Of a DNA stretch of 64,000 nucleotides, positions 32,369 through 41,466 are shown one piece after another. This DNA is from an uncultured Acidimicrobiia bacterium (GTDB lineage: Bacteria > Actinomycetota > Acidimicrobiia > Acidimicrobiales > AC-14). The stretch lies in NCBI GenBank assembly GCA_963836205.1, contig CAWIIV010000015.1, positions 160,001 to 224,000 on the forward strand, read 5' to 3'. Numbering within the stretch: the stretch's first letter is position 1; each line of letters starts with the position of its first letter. The position numbers and the translations under genes were made by a program. The notes beneath the pieces were generated by a model. That model saw only the letters and a program-made list of their open reading frames with translations. It searched no databases and was not told the origin of the DNA.

Positions 32369-34756
32369 TCACCAGATCGTCTTGGGTCGGACCTGGTTGG
32401 CCCGGTCGACGATGGCGGTGCGCCGGGCGGGATCGGGGGTGAGGCGGGCCAGGCGGCGGAGGGCGTCCTCCGCACCGAGACGGAGTCCCCGCTCGTCGAG
32501 GTGGCGGCCGCCGAGACGGTCGCCCTTGGCCGTGGCCAGGGAGCCGGCGGCGAGGGCGGCCAGGGCCGACTCGTACAGGTCGGCCTCCAGCTCGGCCCGG
32601 TGGCGGGGGTCGACCGGGAGCGCGCCCAGGCGGCCGGCGGCGTCGGCGAAGTGGCCGGCGGCGACGAGCGTGCGCACCGCCTCCACCTGGGCCACCGCGT
32701 GGGCTCGGTGGGTGGCCGGGATGTGGTCGAAGGCGGCCAACGCCCCCGCCACGTCGCCGGCGGCGGCCCGGCACCGGGCCAGACCCCGGGCCGCGGTCAC
32801 GTACCCCGGGTCGACGGTGACCACCAACTGGTAGAGGGCGGCCGCCGTGGCCAGGTCGCCCGCGCCCTCGGCCGCCGCCGCGGCCGCCAGCTTGGGGGCC
32901 AGCTCGCCCGGCACCTCCGAGCGGCAGCGGTCGAAGGCGTCGGCGGCGGGGCCGAACTCGCCTCGGAGCAGTGCGCTCACGCCCCGCAGCCACACCGCCC
33001 GCCATTCCCACGGGTCGTCGCCTTCCACCCGCTCGATCTCGGCCCGGGCCGAGGCGTGGTCGCCCAGGTCGATCAGGGCCTGGGCCCGGCGCAGCCGCAC
33101 CTCCACCGTGACCGGCACCTGGGCCAGGGCAACGGCGGTGTCGATGTCGCGCACGACGCCCTCGGGGGTGCCGCCGCCGACGTTGGCCAGGAAGGCGGCG
33201 GCCGGGTCGGACGGGTCGACGGCCAACGGCGGCAGGCTGGCCAGCCCCGTGTCCTCGTCGGGGACGGCGCCGAACAGGCTGGACGGGACCACCTGCGGCC
33301 GCCCGGTGGCGAGGGCGACCTGCTCCCGCAGCACCCCGACCAGCTGCTCCCCCAGCTCGGCCACCGTCTGGAAGCGGTCGTCGGGGTGGGTGGCGGTGGC
33401 CTTGAGCAACAGCCGGTGGAAGGAGTCGAACCGGGCCAACACCGGGTGGTCGGCGGGGTCGGGGATCTCGTACTGGAGCTTGGACTGGTAGCCCCGGAAG
33501 TCGAGGGTGAGCACGGCCAGGGTGCGCCCGATGGTGTAGACGTCGGACGCCACCGACGGGCCCATGTCGGCGATCTCGGGGGCCTGGAAACCGACCGTGC
33601 CGTAGACGGCCGAGGTGTGGTCGTCGACCCGGCGGACCGCCCCCACGTCGATGAGGCGGACCTCGTCGCCTACCTGAAGGAGGTTGTCGGGCTTGAAGTC
33701 GCAATAGAGCAGGCCCCGACCGTGGAGGTAGGTGAAGGCAGGGAGGATGGCCAGGATGAAGGCGATGGCCTGGTCGACGGGAAGGGGGTCGGCGTCGCCG
33801 CCGTTGGCCGCCCGCCGCCCGGCCAGCATCTGCTTGAGGGAGCGCCCGCCGATGTACTCCATGACGATGTAGCCCGCGCCCCGGTCGGTGATGAAGTTGT
33901 AGATGACGACGATGGCGGGGTGGTCGAGCTCGGCGAGGAACCGGCGCTCGGCCACGGCCACGGCCATGGCCGCCTCGTCGCCCGAGTCGAGGAGGCCCTT
34001 GAGCACGACCCACCGGTCGTTCACCGCCTTGTCGCGGGCCAGGTAGATCCACCCCAGGCCGCCGTGGGCCAGGCAGCCCATCACCTCGTACTGGCGGCCC
34101 ACGATCTCGCCCCGGCGCAGCTTGGGCACGAAGTCGAACGGGTGCCGGCAGGCAGGGCAGAAGCCGGAGGTGCGGCCGGGGGAGCCGTCGCGCGACCGCC
34201 CCACGGGCGCCCCGCAGTTGGAGCAGAAGCGCTTGTTCTCGGCGACGGTGGGGTCCTTGAGGACGACCGCCCCGGGGTCGACCCGCGCCGCCGGGGGGAC
34301 GTCGACCAGGCCGGCTCCGATCGCCGTGCGCCGGCTGGCCGTGGTGCGGGTGGCCCGCGTCTGGCGGCGGGAGCCCGGGGACTTGGCCGACCCGCTGACG
34401 AGGGTGCCCCTCGACCCGACCCCGGCGGGCGTCGAGAACGGCAGCCGCCGACCGCCGGGCCGGCCGCCGGCATCGGGCTGTTCGGGACCGTCGGCGGGGT
34501 CGGGTCGGCCGAGACCGTCGGCGGCGTCGGCCGGATCGGGCCGCTGACCGGCGCCGGCCCGGTTCGGCCGGCCGGCGCCACCGGCCCCGGCCCCGGCGGA
34601 CCCGGCCCCGGCGGACCCGGCACCGGCGACCGACCCGGGCGCCGGAGCTCGACGGCGAGCCGGGGGCCGGGCCTTGGCCCCGCACGTGTCGCAGTAGCCA
34701 TCGGGCGCGATCTGGCCGGCGCAGCCCGGCTCCTGGCACGGGCGGACGACGCTCAC
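32369..34756 (-). CDS. pknG: PknG-like Ser/Thr protein kinase (rubredoxin-like domain, kinase, TPR)
   Basis: KRFCSNCG...GFCPACRHPFDF, LAHGGLGWIYLARD, WVVLKGL, AERRFLAEL, YCDFKPDN, YGTVGFQAPE and PGELAPKLA. Confidence 0.88.
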   Translation of the reverse strand: MSVVRPCQEPGCAGQIAPDGYCDTCGAKARPPARRRAPAPGSVAGAGSAGAGSAGAGAGGAGRPNRAGAGQRPDPADAADGLGRPDPADGPEQPDAGGRPGGRRLPFSTPAGVGSRGTLVSGSAKSPGSRRQTRATRTTASRRTAIGAGLVDVPPAARVDPGAVVLKDPTVAENKRFCSNCGAPVGRSRDGSPGRTSGFCPACRHPFDFVPKLRRGEIVGRQYEVMGCLAHGGLGWIYLARDKAVNDRWVVLKGLLDSGDEAAMAVAVAERRFLAELDHPAIVVIYNFITDRGAGYIVMEYIGGRSLKQMLAGRRAANGGDADPLPVDQAIAFILAILPAFTYLHGRGLLYCDFKPDNLLQVGDEVRLIDVGAVRRVDDHTSAVYGTVGFQAPEIADMGPSVASDVYTIGRTLAVLTLDFRGYQSKLQYEIPDPADHPVLARFDSFHRLLLKATATHPDDRFQTVAELGEQLVGVLREQVALATGRPQVVPSSLFGAVPDEDTGLASLPPLAVDPSDPAAAFLANVGGGTPEGVVRDIDTAVALAQVPVTVEVRLRRAQALIDLGDHASARAEIERVEGDDPWEWRAVWLRGVSALLRGEFGPAADAFDRCRSEVPGELAPKLAAAAAAEGAGDLATAAALYQLVVTVDPGYVTAARGLARCRAAAGDVAGALAAFDHIPATHRAHAVAQVEAVRTLVAAGHFADAAGRLGALPVDPRHRAELEADLYESALAALAAGSLATAKGDRLGGRHLDERGLRLGAEDALRRLARLTPDPARRTAIVDRANQVRPKTIW

Positions 34757-35898
34757 CGGCGTCCTCCCGGTACGGCCGTGTTGACCGCCCGCAGGTAGTC
34801 GGCCACCAGCCGCTCGGCGCGGACCAGGTCGCACGGGGCGACGTAGAGGGCCTGCTCGGCGGCGTGGTGGAGGCCGACCAGATCGGGGTCCTCGGCCCGG
34901 CCCATCGCCATCGACTTGGCCCGGAACGCCTGGAGCAGTCCCCGCAGCTCGTTGCGGCGGGCGATGGCAGCCCCGTTGGCCGTGGCCACCCGCCGGGCGT
35001 CGGCCAGCCACCTGTCGGCCGTCCGCCGCCACCGGTCGTGCTCCGACGCGGCCGCGTCCCACTCGCCGGCTCCCGCCTGAGCCTCAATGCGGACCAGCCA
35101 CGGCCCCAGGGCGTCGGCCGCGGCCCCGTCGATCGCGGCCCCGTCGAGGGGATCGAGGAGCCCGGCGGGGTCGGCGATCTTGACCCGAGCCATCGCGGCC
35201 GCATCGGCACCGACACGAACGAGGCGACGGATCTCGTCCAGGTCGGACCGGGCCGTCACCAGGCGGGCCGGCAGCTCGCCCTGCGACCGCTCCAGGTGGT
35301 CGACCCGGCGGACGGCGGCGGCCAGGGCCCGGTCGAGGGCGGCCAGCGGCTCGGTGGCGGTGGGGTCGGCGACAACGGCGGCGGTGGCCTGGGCAAGGGC
35401 GGCGGTGACGGCCTCCACCTCGACGTCGCCGTCGGCGCCCACCGACCGGGCCCGGGCCACCAGGCCCCGCACTTCGAGCGCGGCCGCGTCGAGCCGGGCG
35501 AGGGCCTCCCGGGCCACGCCGGCCAGACGCGCCGCCTCCCCCACCACCCCGTCCGCCCGGGCCCGGAGGTCGTCGATGAGGGCGCCCACGTACCGGGTGG
35601 AGCCGTCGGGGAGGGCGACCGCATCGGGCCCGAGGAGGTGGGCCACCGCGGCGTGGTCTCTGGCCGCGAGGGCCGCACCCAGCCGGTCGACGACGTCCTT
35701 GGCCAGCGGGTACTCCTCCCACAGCCCGGCCAACAGGTCGACGACGCGGGTTGCGGCCGTCGCCGCCGGCCCGCCTGCGTCGGCCTGGGACTTCACGAAG
35801 ACGAGGTCAGGCGAGCTCTCGACCGCGAAGAGGGTCTGAGCCAGGGCCGAGAGGGCGTCGCCCAGGCCGCGGAGGGCGTGATCGGGACTCTGGCTCAC
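34753..35898 (-). CDS. Helical/coiled-coil hypothetical protein heading the pknG operon
   Basis: GGAGGA RBS; C-terminal RNELRGLLQAFRAK...GRAEDP...LYVAPCDL; the stop overlaps the kinase GTG. Confidence 0.75.
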   Translation of the reverse strand: MSQSPDHALRGLGDALSALAQTLFAVESSPDLVFVKSQADAGGPAATAATRVVDLLAGLWEEYPLAKDVVDRLGAALAARDHAAVAHLLGPDAVALPDGSTRYVGALIDDLRARADGVVGEAARLAGVAREALARLDAAALEVRGLVARARSVGADGDVEVEAVTAALAQATAAVVADPTATEPLAALDRALAAAVRRVDHLERSQGELPARLVTARSDLDEIRRLVRVGADAAAMARVKIADPAGLLDPLDGAAIDGAAADALGPWLVRIEAQAGAGEWDAAASEHDRWRRTADRWLADARRVATANGAAIARRNELRGLLQAFRAKSMAMGRAEDPDLVGLHHAAEQALYVAPCDLVRAERLVADYLRAVNTAVPGGRR

Positions 35899-36068
35899 CT
35901 CACCGTCCTCCTCCGCCGCCGTCGTGTCTCAAGCTGTCAGATCGACCGAAGCTACGAAGCCCTCTGAACTGTCGCCGGGCGACCATCGAGCATAGGTGGA
36001 CGACAAGGCTGATTGGGTCCCCCAAGGGTCAACGGCGCCGGATCGGCCGTCTCGAGGACGGCCGCCTC

Positions 36069-36074
36069 TAGCAT
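36069..36074 (+). promoter_or_regulatory. Putative -10 element (TAGCAT) for a leaderless ATPase-TPR transcript
   Basis: TANNNT hexamer 6 nt upstream of GTG 36081. Confidence 0.4.
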
Positions 36075-36080
36075 GGCGAC

Positions 36081-37412
36081 GTGCCGCTTTCCGCAGCCCA
36101 CGAGCAGCTTCTGAGCGAGCTCCACCGGAACCTCCGCCAGGACGCCCTCGAGCCGGAGCACCCGTTCTACGTCAATCTTCGTGACGACCGCTTCGGCGTC
36201 GCAGTGGGCGCCGACGTGGTCCGTCAGCTGGCGCGGGACGTGAGCTGGGTCCAGCCGCCGTCGGTCGCCTTCTTCTCCGGCCTCCGAGGCGCGGGCAAGA
36301 GCACCGAGCTCAACCGCCTGCGCAACGAGCTGCAAGACAGCGGGTTCGCGGTGGCCAAGTTCGACGTCGAGCACTACCTCGACATCCGTTTCCCGATCAC
36401 CGCCCCCCAGCTCGTGTTCGCCATGACCGGCGGGATCTGGCAGGCCTGCCGCGACCAGGGATGGGTCGGTGCCAACGAGGACCCCCAGTCTCCTTTCCGC
36501 CGCCTCTGGGACTGGTTCAAGGGAGTCAGCGTCGAGTCCGACGTGAAATTCACCGCGCCTATGCCGGACTGGTCGCCGGTCGACTTCGAGGCTCACCTCC
36601 GCCGCGACCCCACCTTCCGGGCCCAGCTCGACGAGTTCCTTCGGGCCCGTTCGGTCGAGCTGGCGGGGAAGGCGAACGAGCTCCTCGCCGACCTCGACGA
36701 CCGTGTGCGCAAGCACTTCATCACCCAGGGCCGCGAGTGGCTGGGCATGGTGGTGATCGTCGACTCCCTCGACCACGCCCGCTCGGAAACCTCGTTCAGC
36801 GCCGTCCGCAGCGCCATCCGGGAGGTCTTCGATCAGCAGCTCCCGTTGGTGCAATTCGATCGGTTCCGGACAGTCTTCTGCATCCCGCCCTACATCCACC
36901 CATCCACGGGCACGGTTCGCAGCATCTTCAACGTCAAGGTGAGAGATCGGCTCGGTGAGCCCTACGAGCCTGGGATCGCGGCGCTGACCGACCTGGTCAG
37001 CCGACGGTTTCCCGTCGGCCTTCCGTGCAACCTCCTGCTCGCCGCCGACGACCTCGATGAGCTGATCTGCTGCTCGGGAGGCCACATCCGCGATCTGCTG
37101 CGCCTGCTCGATGAAGTGATCCTCGGCGTCGATGGCGTGCCCGCCCGGCACGCTGATGTCGAGGCCGCGATCATCCGGGTGAGAGAGAACTTCATGCCGC
37201 TCTCCACCGACCAGCTGCGATGGCTGGCAAGGATCGCCGAGAAGCATCAGCTCGAACTGGAGAACCAGGACGCATGGGAGGGGCTGGCCGAGCTGCTCGA
37301 CTACCACCTGGTACTCCGATACTCCAACGACGAGCCCTGGTACGACGTCCACCCGATCGTCGCCGGCGTCGTGACGCAGGCGGCTGCCGACGCTCGTCCC
37401 GGAGACCAGTGA
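36081..37412 (+). CDS. P-loop NTPase (STAND/AAA-like)
   Basis: Walker A SGLRGAGKSTEL, Walker B VVIVDSLD, SGGHIRDLLRL and C-terminal WYDVHPIV. Confidence 0.85.
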   Translation: MPLSAAHEQLLSELHRNLRQDALEPEHPFYVNLRDDRFGVAVGADVVRQLARDVSWVQPPSVAFFSGLRGAGKSTELNRLRNELQDSGFAVAKFDVEHYLDIRFPITAPQLVFAMTGGIWQACRDQGWVGANEDPQSPFRRLWDWFKGVSVESDVKFTAPMPDWSPVDFEAHLRRDPTFRAQLDEFLRARSVELAGKANELLADLDDRVRKHFITQGREWLGMVVIVDSLDHARSETSFSAVRSAIREVFDQQLPLVQFDRFRTVFCIPPYIHPSTGTVRSIFNVKVRDRLGEPYEPGIAALTDLVSRRFPVGLPCNLLLAADDLDELICCSGGHIRDLLRLLDEVILGVDGVPARHADVEAAIIRVRENFMPLSTDQLRWLARIAEKHQLELENQDAWEGLAELLDYHLVLRYSNDEPWYDVHPIVAGVVTQAAADARPGDQ

Positions 37413-39823
37413 ACGTCGGACTCAGCGAGGTTGGTGAGGCGGAGTGGGTCCGCTTCCGCAAGCTCCTCGACTGGAGCGGCTCGTTCTGGCTGAGCGTGCT
37501 CTTCGTCCGGAGCCCCGCCGCCCTGGCCGAGATCCGGCAACGGGCGCTGTGGAACCGCCGGTGGGTAGCCGCGCCGGTGCGTCTGGTGCGGGCCGGGTCT
37601 GCCGAGGAGTTGCGCAAGGAGGCTGACATGGCCGACGAGTGGCCCTCGGCGCCGGGTCTGACGTGGATCGAGGGCCCGCTCTCGGCCCACGGGAGCGACG
37701 CCGACGAGTGGCGAGAGGCGTGGACGGCGCTGCTGGCGACCATGAACCACCGGCGGGACACGCTGCGGCGGTCGGTAGGAGGGATCGTGCTCGTTATCCC
37801 CGACGAGTGGCGGGGCCTCGTCCGCCAAGTCGCACCCGACCTGTGGTCAGTCAGGGGGCCGTCGCCGACAGTGGCCGCAGGCTGGGGCCGCCCGCTCACA
37901 CCCGCTGGGGCCGAGCCACTCGATGCATTGGGAGCGGAAGCGGCCCGGCTGTACGATGCCGGCGGGAGCCTCGTCGCCTCGGAAGTCGAGGAGATCGACC
38001 CCGACCTCTCCCGGCGGGCAGCGGGCCTCTTCGCCGACCCCGAGCTCGACCCTGCCGTTGCGACCGCCCTGGCCGATGAGGCAGAGGCGCGAGGCCACGA
38101 ACAACTGGCCGCCGTGGTGCTGCTCGACCTCTCGAATCGGATCCGCCCCCGCGACCCGGCGCGCGCACACGCCGCCATCGACCACGCACTCGCCTTGGGC
38201 AACATCGACGGTCCGTTGCGACTCCGACTACTGGGCGCTCTCCTCGACGAGGCTCTCGCCGTGGGCGCCCTCACCGACGCTTATGCCGCCGCCGGTGACC
38301 TGGTCGACATCGCCCGCCGGCTGGCCGACCAGCTCGCCACCCCCGAGGCCCAGCGGGAGCTGTCACTCGCCCTGAACAACATCGGCCGGGTGGCGGAGAC
38401 CCGGGGGGACTGGGACGGCGCCGCGGACGCCTACCAGCAGTCCCTCGACATCGCCCGCCGGCTGGCCGACACGCTCGCCACCCCCCAGGCCCAGCGGGAT
38501 CTGTCGGTCGCCCTCAACAACATCGGCCGGGTGGCGGAGACCCGGGGGGACTGGGACGGCGCCGCTGACGCCTACCAGCACTCCCTCGACATCGCCCGCC
38601 GGCTGGCCGACACGCTCGCCACCCCCCAGGCCCAGCGGGATCTGTCGGTCGCCCTCAACAACATCGGCCGGGTGGCGGAGACCCGGGGGGACTGGGACGG
38701 CGCCGCTGACGCCTACCAGCACTCCCTCGAAATCGCCCGCCGGCTGGCCGACACGCTGGCCACCCCCCAGGCCCAGCGGGATCTGTCGGTCGCCCTCGAC
38801 AATATGGGCCGGGTGGCGGAGACCCGGGGGGACTGGGACGGGGCCGACGAGGTCTACCAGCACTCCCTCGAAATCGCCCACCGGCTGGCCGACCAGCTCG
38901 GTACCCCCGAGTCCCAGCGGGATCTGTCGGTCGCCCTCGACAACATCGGCCGGGTGGCGGAGGCCCAGGGGGACTGGGACGGGGCCGCCGAGTCCTACCA
39001 GCATTCCCTCGATCTTCGCCGCCGGCTGGCCGAACAGCTCGCCACCCCCCAGGCCCAGCGCGACCTGTCACTCGCCCTCGACGACATGGGCCGGGTGGCG
39101 GAGGCCCGGGGGGACTGGGACGGGGCGGCTAGTGCCTACCAGCAGTCCTTCGACCTCGCCCGCCGGCTGGCCGACCAGCTCGGCACCCCGGAGGCCCAGC
39201 GCGACCTGTCGATTTCCCTCAATCACGTGGGTGCGGTGGCCGAGGCCCAGGGGGACTGGGACGGGGCGGCCAGCGCCTACCAGCAGTCCCTCGACCTTCG
39301 CCGCCGGCTGGCCGACCGGCTCGGCACCCCTGAGGCCGAGCGCGACCTGTCGGTCTCCCTCGAAAACGTGGGTGCGGTGGCCGAGGCCCAGGGGGACTGG
39401 GACGGGGCGGCCAGCGCCTACCAGCAGTCCCTCGACCTTCGCCGCCGGCTGGCCGACCGGCTCGGCACCCCTGAGGCCGAGCGCGACTTGTCGATCGCAC
39501 TCAACAAGATGGGTGCGGTGGCCCAGGCCCGGGGCGACTGGGACGGAGCGGCCGCCGCCTACCAGCAGTCCATCGACCTCGCCCGCCGGCTGGCTGACAC
39601 GCTCGGAACCCCCCAGGCCCAGCGGGATCTGTCGATCTCCCTCGAAAACGTGGGTGCGGTGGCCGAGGCCCAGGGGGACTGGGACGGGGCGGCCAGCGCC
39701 TACCAGCAGTCCCTCGACCTTCGCCGCCGGCTGGCCGACCAGCTCGGCACCGCCGAGGCCCAGCGCGACCTGTCGACCTCGCTTGAACACGTCGCTCAAC
39801 TGGCGAAGGCTCGGGGGGACTAA
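37409..39823 (+). CDS. TPR-repeat protein with an N-terminal degenerate NTPase-like domain
   Basis: GTGA overlap with the ATPase; N-terminal MNHRRDTL...APDLWSVR; ten full 47-aa TPR-like repeats plus a partial one. Confidence 0.85.
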   Translation: MNVGLSEVGEAEWVRFRKLLDWSGSFWLSVLFVRSPAALAEIRQRALWNRRWVAAPVRLVRAGSAEELRKEADMADEWPSAPGLTWIEGPLSAHGSDADEWREAWTALLATMNHRRDTLRRSVGGIVLVIPDEWRGLVRQVAPDLWSVRGPSPTVAAGWGRPLTPAGAEPLDALGAEAARLYDAGGSLVASEVEEIDPDLSRRAAGLFADPELDPAVATALADEAEARGHEQLAAVVLLDLSNRIRPRDPARAHAAIDHALALGNIDGPLRLRLLGALLDEALAVGALTDAYAAAGDLVDIARRLADQLATPEAQRELSLALNNIGRVAETRGDWDGAADAYQQSLDIARRLADTLATPQAQRDLSVALNNIGRVAETRGDWDGAADAYQHSLDIARRLADTLATPQAQRDLSVALNNIGRVAETRGDWDGAADAYQHSLEIARRLADTLATPQAQRDLSVALDNMGRVAETRGDWDGADEVYQHSLEIAHRLADQLGTPESQRDLSVALDNIGRVAEAQGDWDGAAESYQHSLDLRRRLAEQLATPQAQRDLSLALDDMGRVAEARGDWDGAASAYQQSFDLARRLADQLGTPEAQRDLSISLNHVGAVAEAQGDWDGAASAYQQSLDLRRRLADRLGTPEAERDLSVSLENVGAVAEAQGDWDGAASAYQQSLDLRRRLADRLGTPEAERDLSIALNKMGAVAQARGDWDGAAAAYQQSIDLARRLADTLGTPQAQRDLSISLENVGAVAEAQGDWDGAASAYQQSLDLRRRLADQLGTAEAQRDLSTSLEHVAQLAKARGD
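38339..39820 (+). repeat. About 10.5 near-identical 141-bp coding repeats
   Basis: TP(Q/E)A(Q/E)RDLSxxLxxxGxVAExxGDWDGAAxAYQxSLDxxRRLADxL with a 141-bp period. Confidence 0.93.
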
Positions 39824-39836
39824 CCTCCTGGCGTCG

Positions 39837-40043
39837 TCAGTCTTTCGAAGGGACGTCCACCTGGCCCAGCAGCACGGCCGCCTTCTCGACCGACCGGCGG
39901 GCCCGGGTGATCAACCGCTCGTCCGGCGACGTCTTGTCCGCCCCGGCCGCGACTGACGCCCGCAGCCGGTCCAAGGCCATGTCGGCCAGCTCCTCGGCGA
40001 TGGACTCCAGGCGAGCCCGCACGGCGTCGACGTCTCCCGCCAC
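39837..40043 (-). CDS. Small helical hypothetical protein
   Basis: RARLESIAEELADMALDRLR...ERLITRARRSVEKAAVLL; host-like codon usage. Confidence 0.6.
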   Translation of the reverse strand: MAGDVDAVRARLESIAEELADMALDRLRASVAAGADKTSPDERLITRARRSVEKAAVLLGQVDVPSKD

Positions 40044-40062
40044 GCCACTACCGTAGGCCCGA

Positions 40063-41466
40063 ATGGACGCGGCACCGCGACTGGCGGGGTGGGTCGACGG
40101 CGAGCGCGACCGGATCCTCGTCGACCTCTTCGCCTGGCTCCGCATCCCGTCGATCTCGGCCCAGCCCGACCACGCGCCCGACGTCCGCCGCTCGGCGGAG
40201 ATGACGGCCGACCTCCTCCGCCGGGCGGGTTTGGAACACGTCGAAATCCTCGAGACGGCGGGCGGCCCGTCCGTCTACGGCGACCTCCTCCACGCCGGAC
40301 CCGACGCCCCCACCGCCCTCGTCTACGGCCACCACGACGTCCAACCGGTCGACCCCCTCGACGAGTGGCACTCCCCTCCCTTCGAGCCGGTGGTGGCCGA
40401 CGGCCCCTACGGCCCCGAGTGCCGAGCCCGGGGCGCGATCGACGACAAGGGCCAGATCCTCTTCCAGATGGAGGCCGTACGGGGCCTGCTCGCCACCTCC
40501 GCCGACGGCCGGCTGCCGGTGAACGTGAAGTTCCTGGTCGAGGGGGAGGAGGAGGTCGGCAGCCCCCACTTCGAGGATCTCCTCGTGCGCGAACACCAGA
40601 GGCTCGCCTGCGACCTGGTGGTGGTGTCCGATACCGACATGTGGGCGCCCGACGTCCCTTCGGTGTGCGTGGGCATGCGGGGCCTCGTGGCCTTCGACGT
40701 GCAGGTGCGGACCGCCACGATGGACCTCCACTCCGGCCTTTTCGGGGGCGCGGTCCCCAACTCGGCCCACCTGATCGCCCGCCTGGTCGCAACCCTCCAC
40801 GACGACAACGCGCGGGTGACCATCCCCGGCTTCTACGACGACGTCCGGCCGCTCACCGAGGCGGAGGAAGCGTCGATGGCCACGATCCCCGTCGACGAGG
40901 ACGCGTGGCAGCGAATGGCCGGAGTCGGACGACTGGAGGGCGAGGCCGGGCGGTCGCTGCTCGAGCGCATCTGGACCCGTCCCACGTGCGAGATCGTCGG
41001 CATCGGCACCGGCTACCTCGGCGAGGGGATCAAGACCATCGTCCCCGCCACCGGCCGCTTCAAGGTGACCTTCCGCCTCGTGCCCGACCAGGACCCGGCC
41101 CGGGTGACCGCCGCGTTCCGGGCGTGGCTGGCGGCGGCCGTCCCCGACGGCATCGACGTCACGGTCACCCCCGAGGGGGGGGTGGCACCCGCCCTCACGC
41201 CCGTCGACCACCCGGCCATGGGCGCCCTGTGCCGGGCGGTGGCCCGGGTGTGGGGCAAGGAGCCGCTGTTCACCCGCATCGGCGGCAGCGGACCGGAGGA
41301 GGCGCTGGGCCGGGTGCTCGACGTCCCCGTCCTCTACCTGGGCGTGGCCCTGCCCGACGACCGCTTCCACGCCCCCAACGAGCGCATGGTGCTCGACCAG
41401 TTCTGGAAAGGGCTGCTGGCCGCAGGCGAGCTGTGGCACGAGTTGGGCGCGGTGGGCCGTGGCTGA
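40063..41466 (+). CDS. M20 family dipeptidase/metallopeptidase
   Basis: YGHHDVQP, RGAIDDKGQ, EGEEEVGS, DLHSG and HAPNE motifs. Confidence 0.92.
   Translation: MDAAPRLAGWVDGERDRILVDLFAWLRIPSISAQPDHAPDVRRSAEMTADLLRRAGLEHVEILETAGGPSVYGDLLHAGPDAPTALVYGHHDVQPVDPLDEWHSPPFEPVVADGPYGPECRARGAIDDKGQILFQMEAVRGLLATSADGRLPVNVKFLVEGEEEVGSPHFEDLLVREHQRLACDLVVVSDTDMWAPDVPSVCVGMRGLVAFDVQVRTATMDLHSGLFGGAVPNSAHLIARLVATLHDDNARVTIPGFYDDVRPLTEAEEASMATIPVDEDAWQRMAGVGRLEGEAGRSLLERIWTRPTCEIVGIGTGYLGEGIKTIVPATGRFKVTFRLVPDQDPARVTAAFRAWLAAAVPDGIDVTVTPEGGVAPALTPVDHPAMGALCRAVARVWGKEPLFTRIGGSGPEEALGRVLDVPVLYLGVALPDDRFHAPNERMVLDQFWKGLLAAGELWHELGAVGRG

Noticed and set aside
29967-35216. 1749-aa minus-strand ORF
   Set aside because: A chimera of off-frame kinase sequence with the true PP2C and vWA N-termini, produced by frameshifts and scarce stop codons in GC-rich DNA.
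38339-39820. TAL effector or CRISPR-like array
   Set aside because: The repeats are in-frame 47-aa TPR-type units without the TALE consensus or unique spacers; only the variable di-residue analogy is retained.
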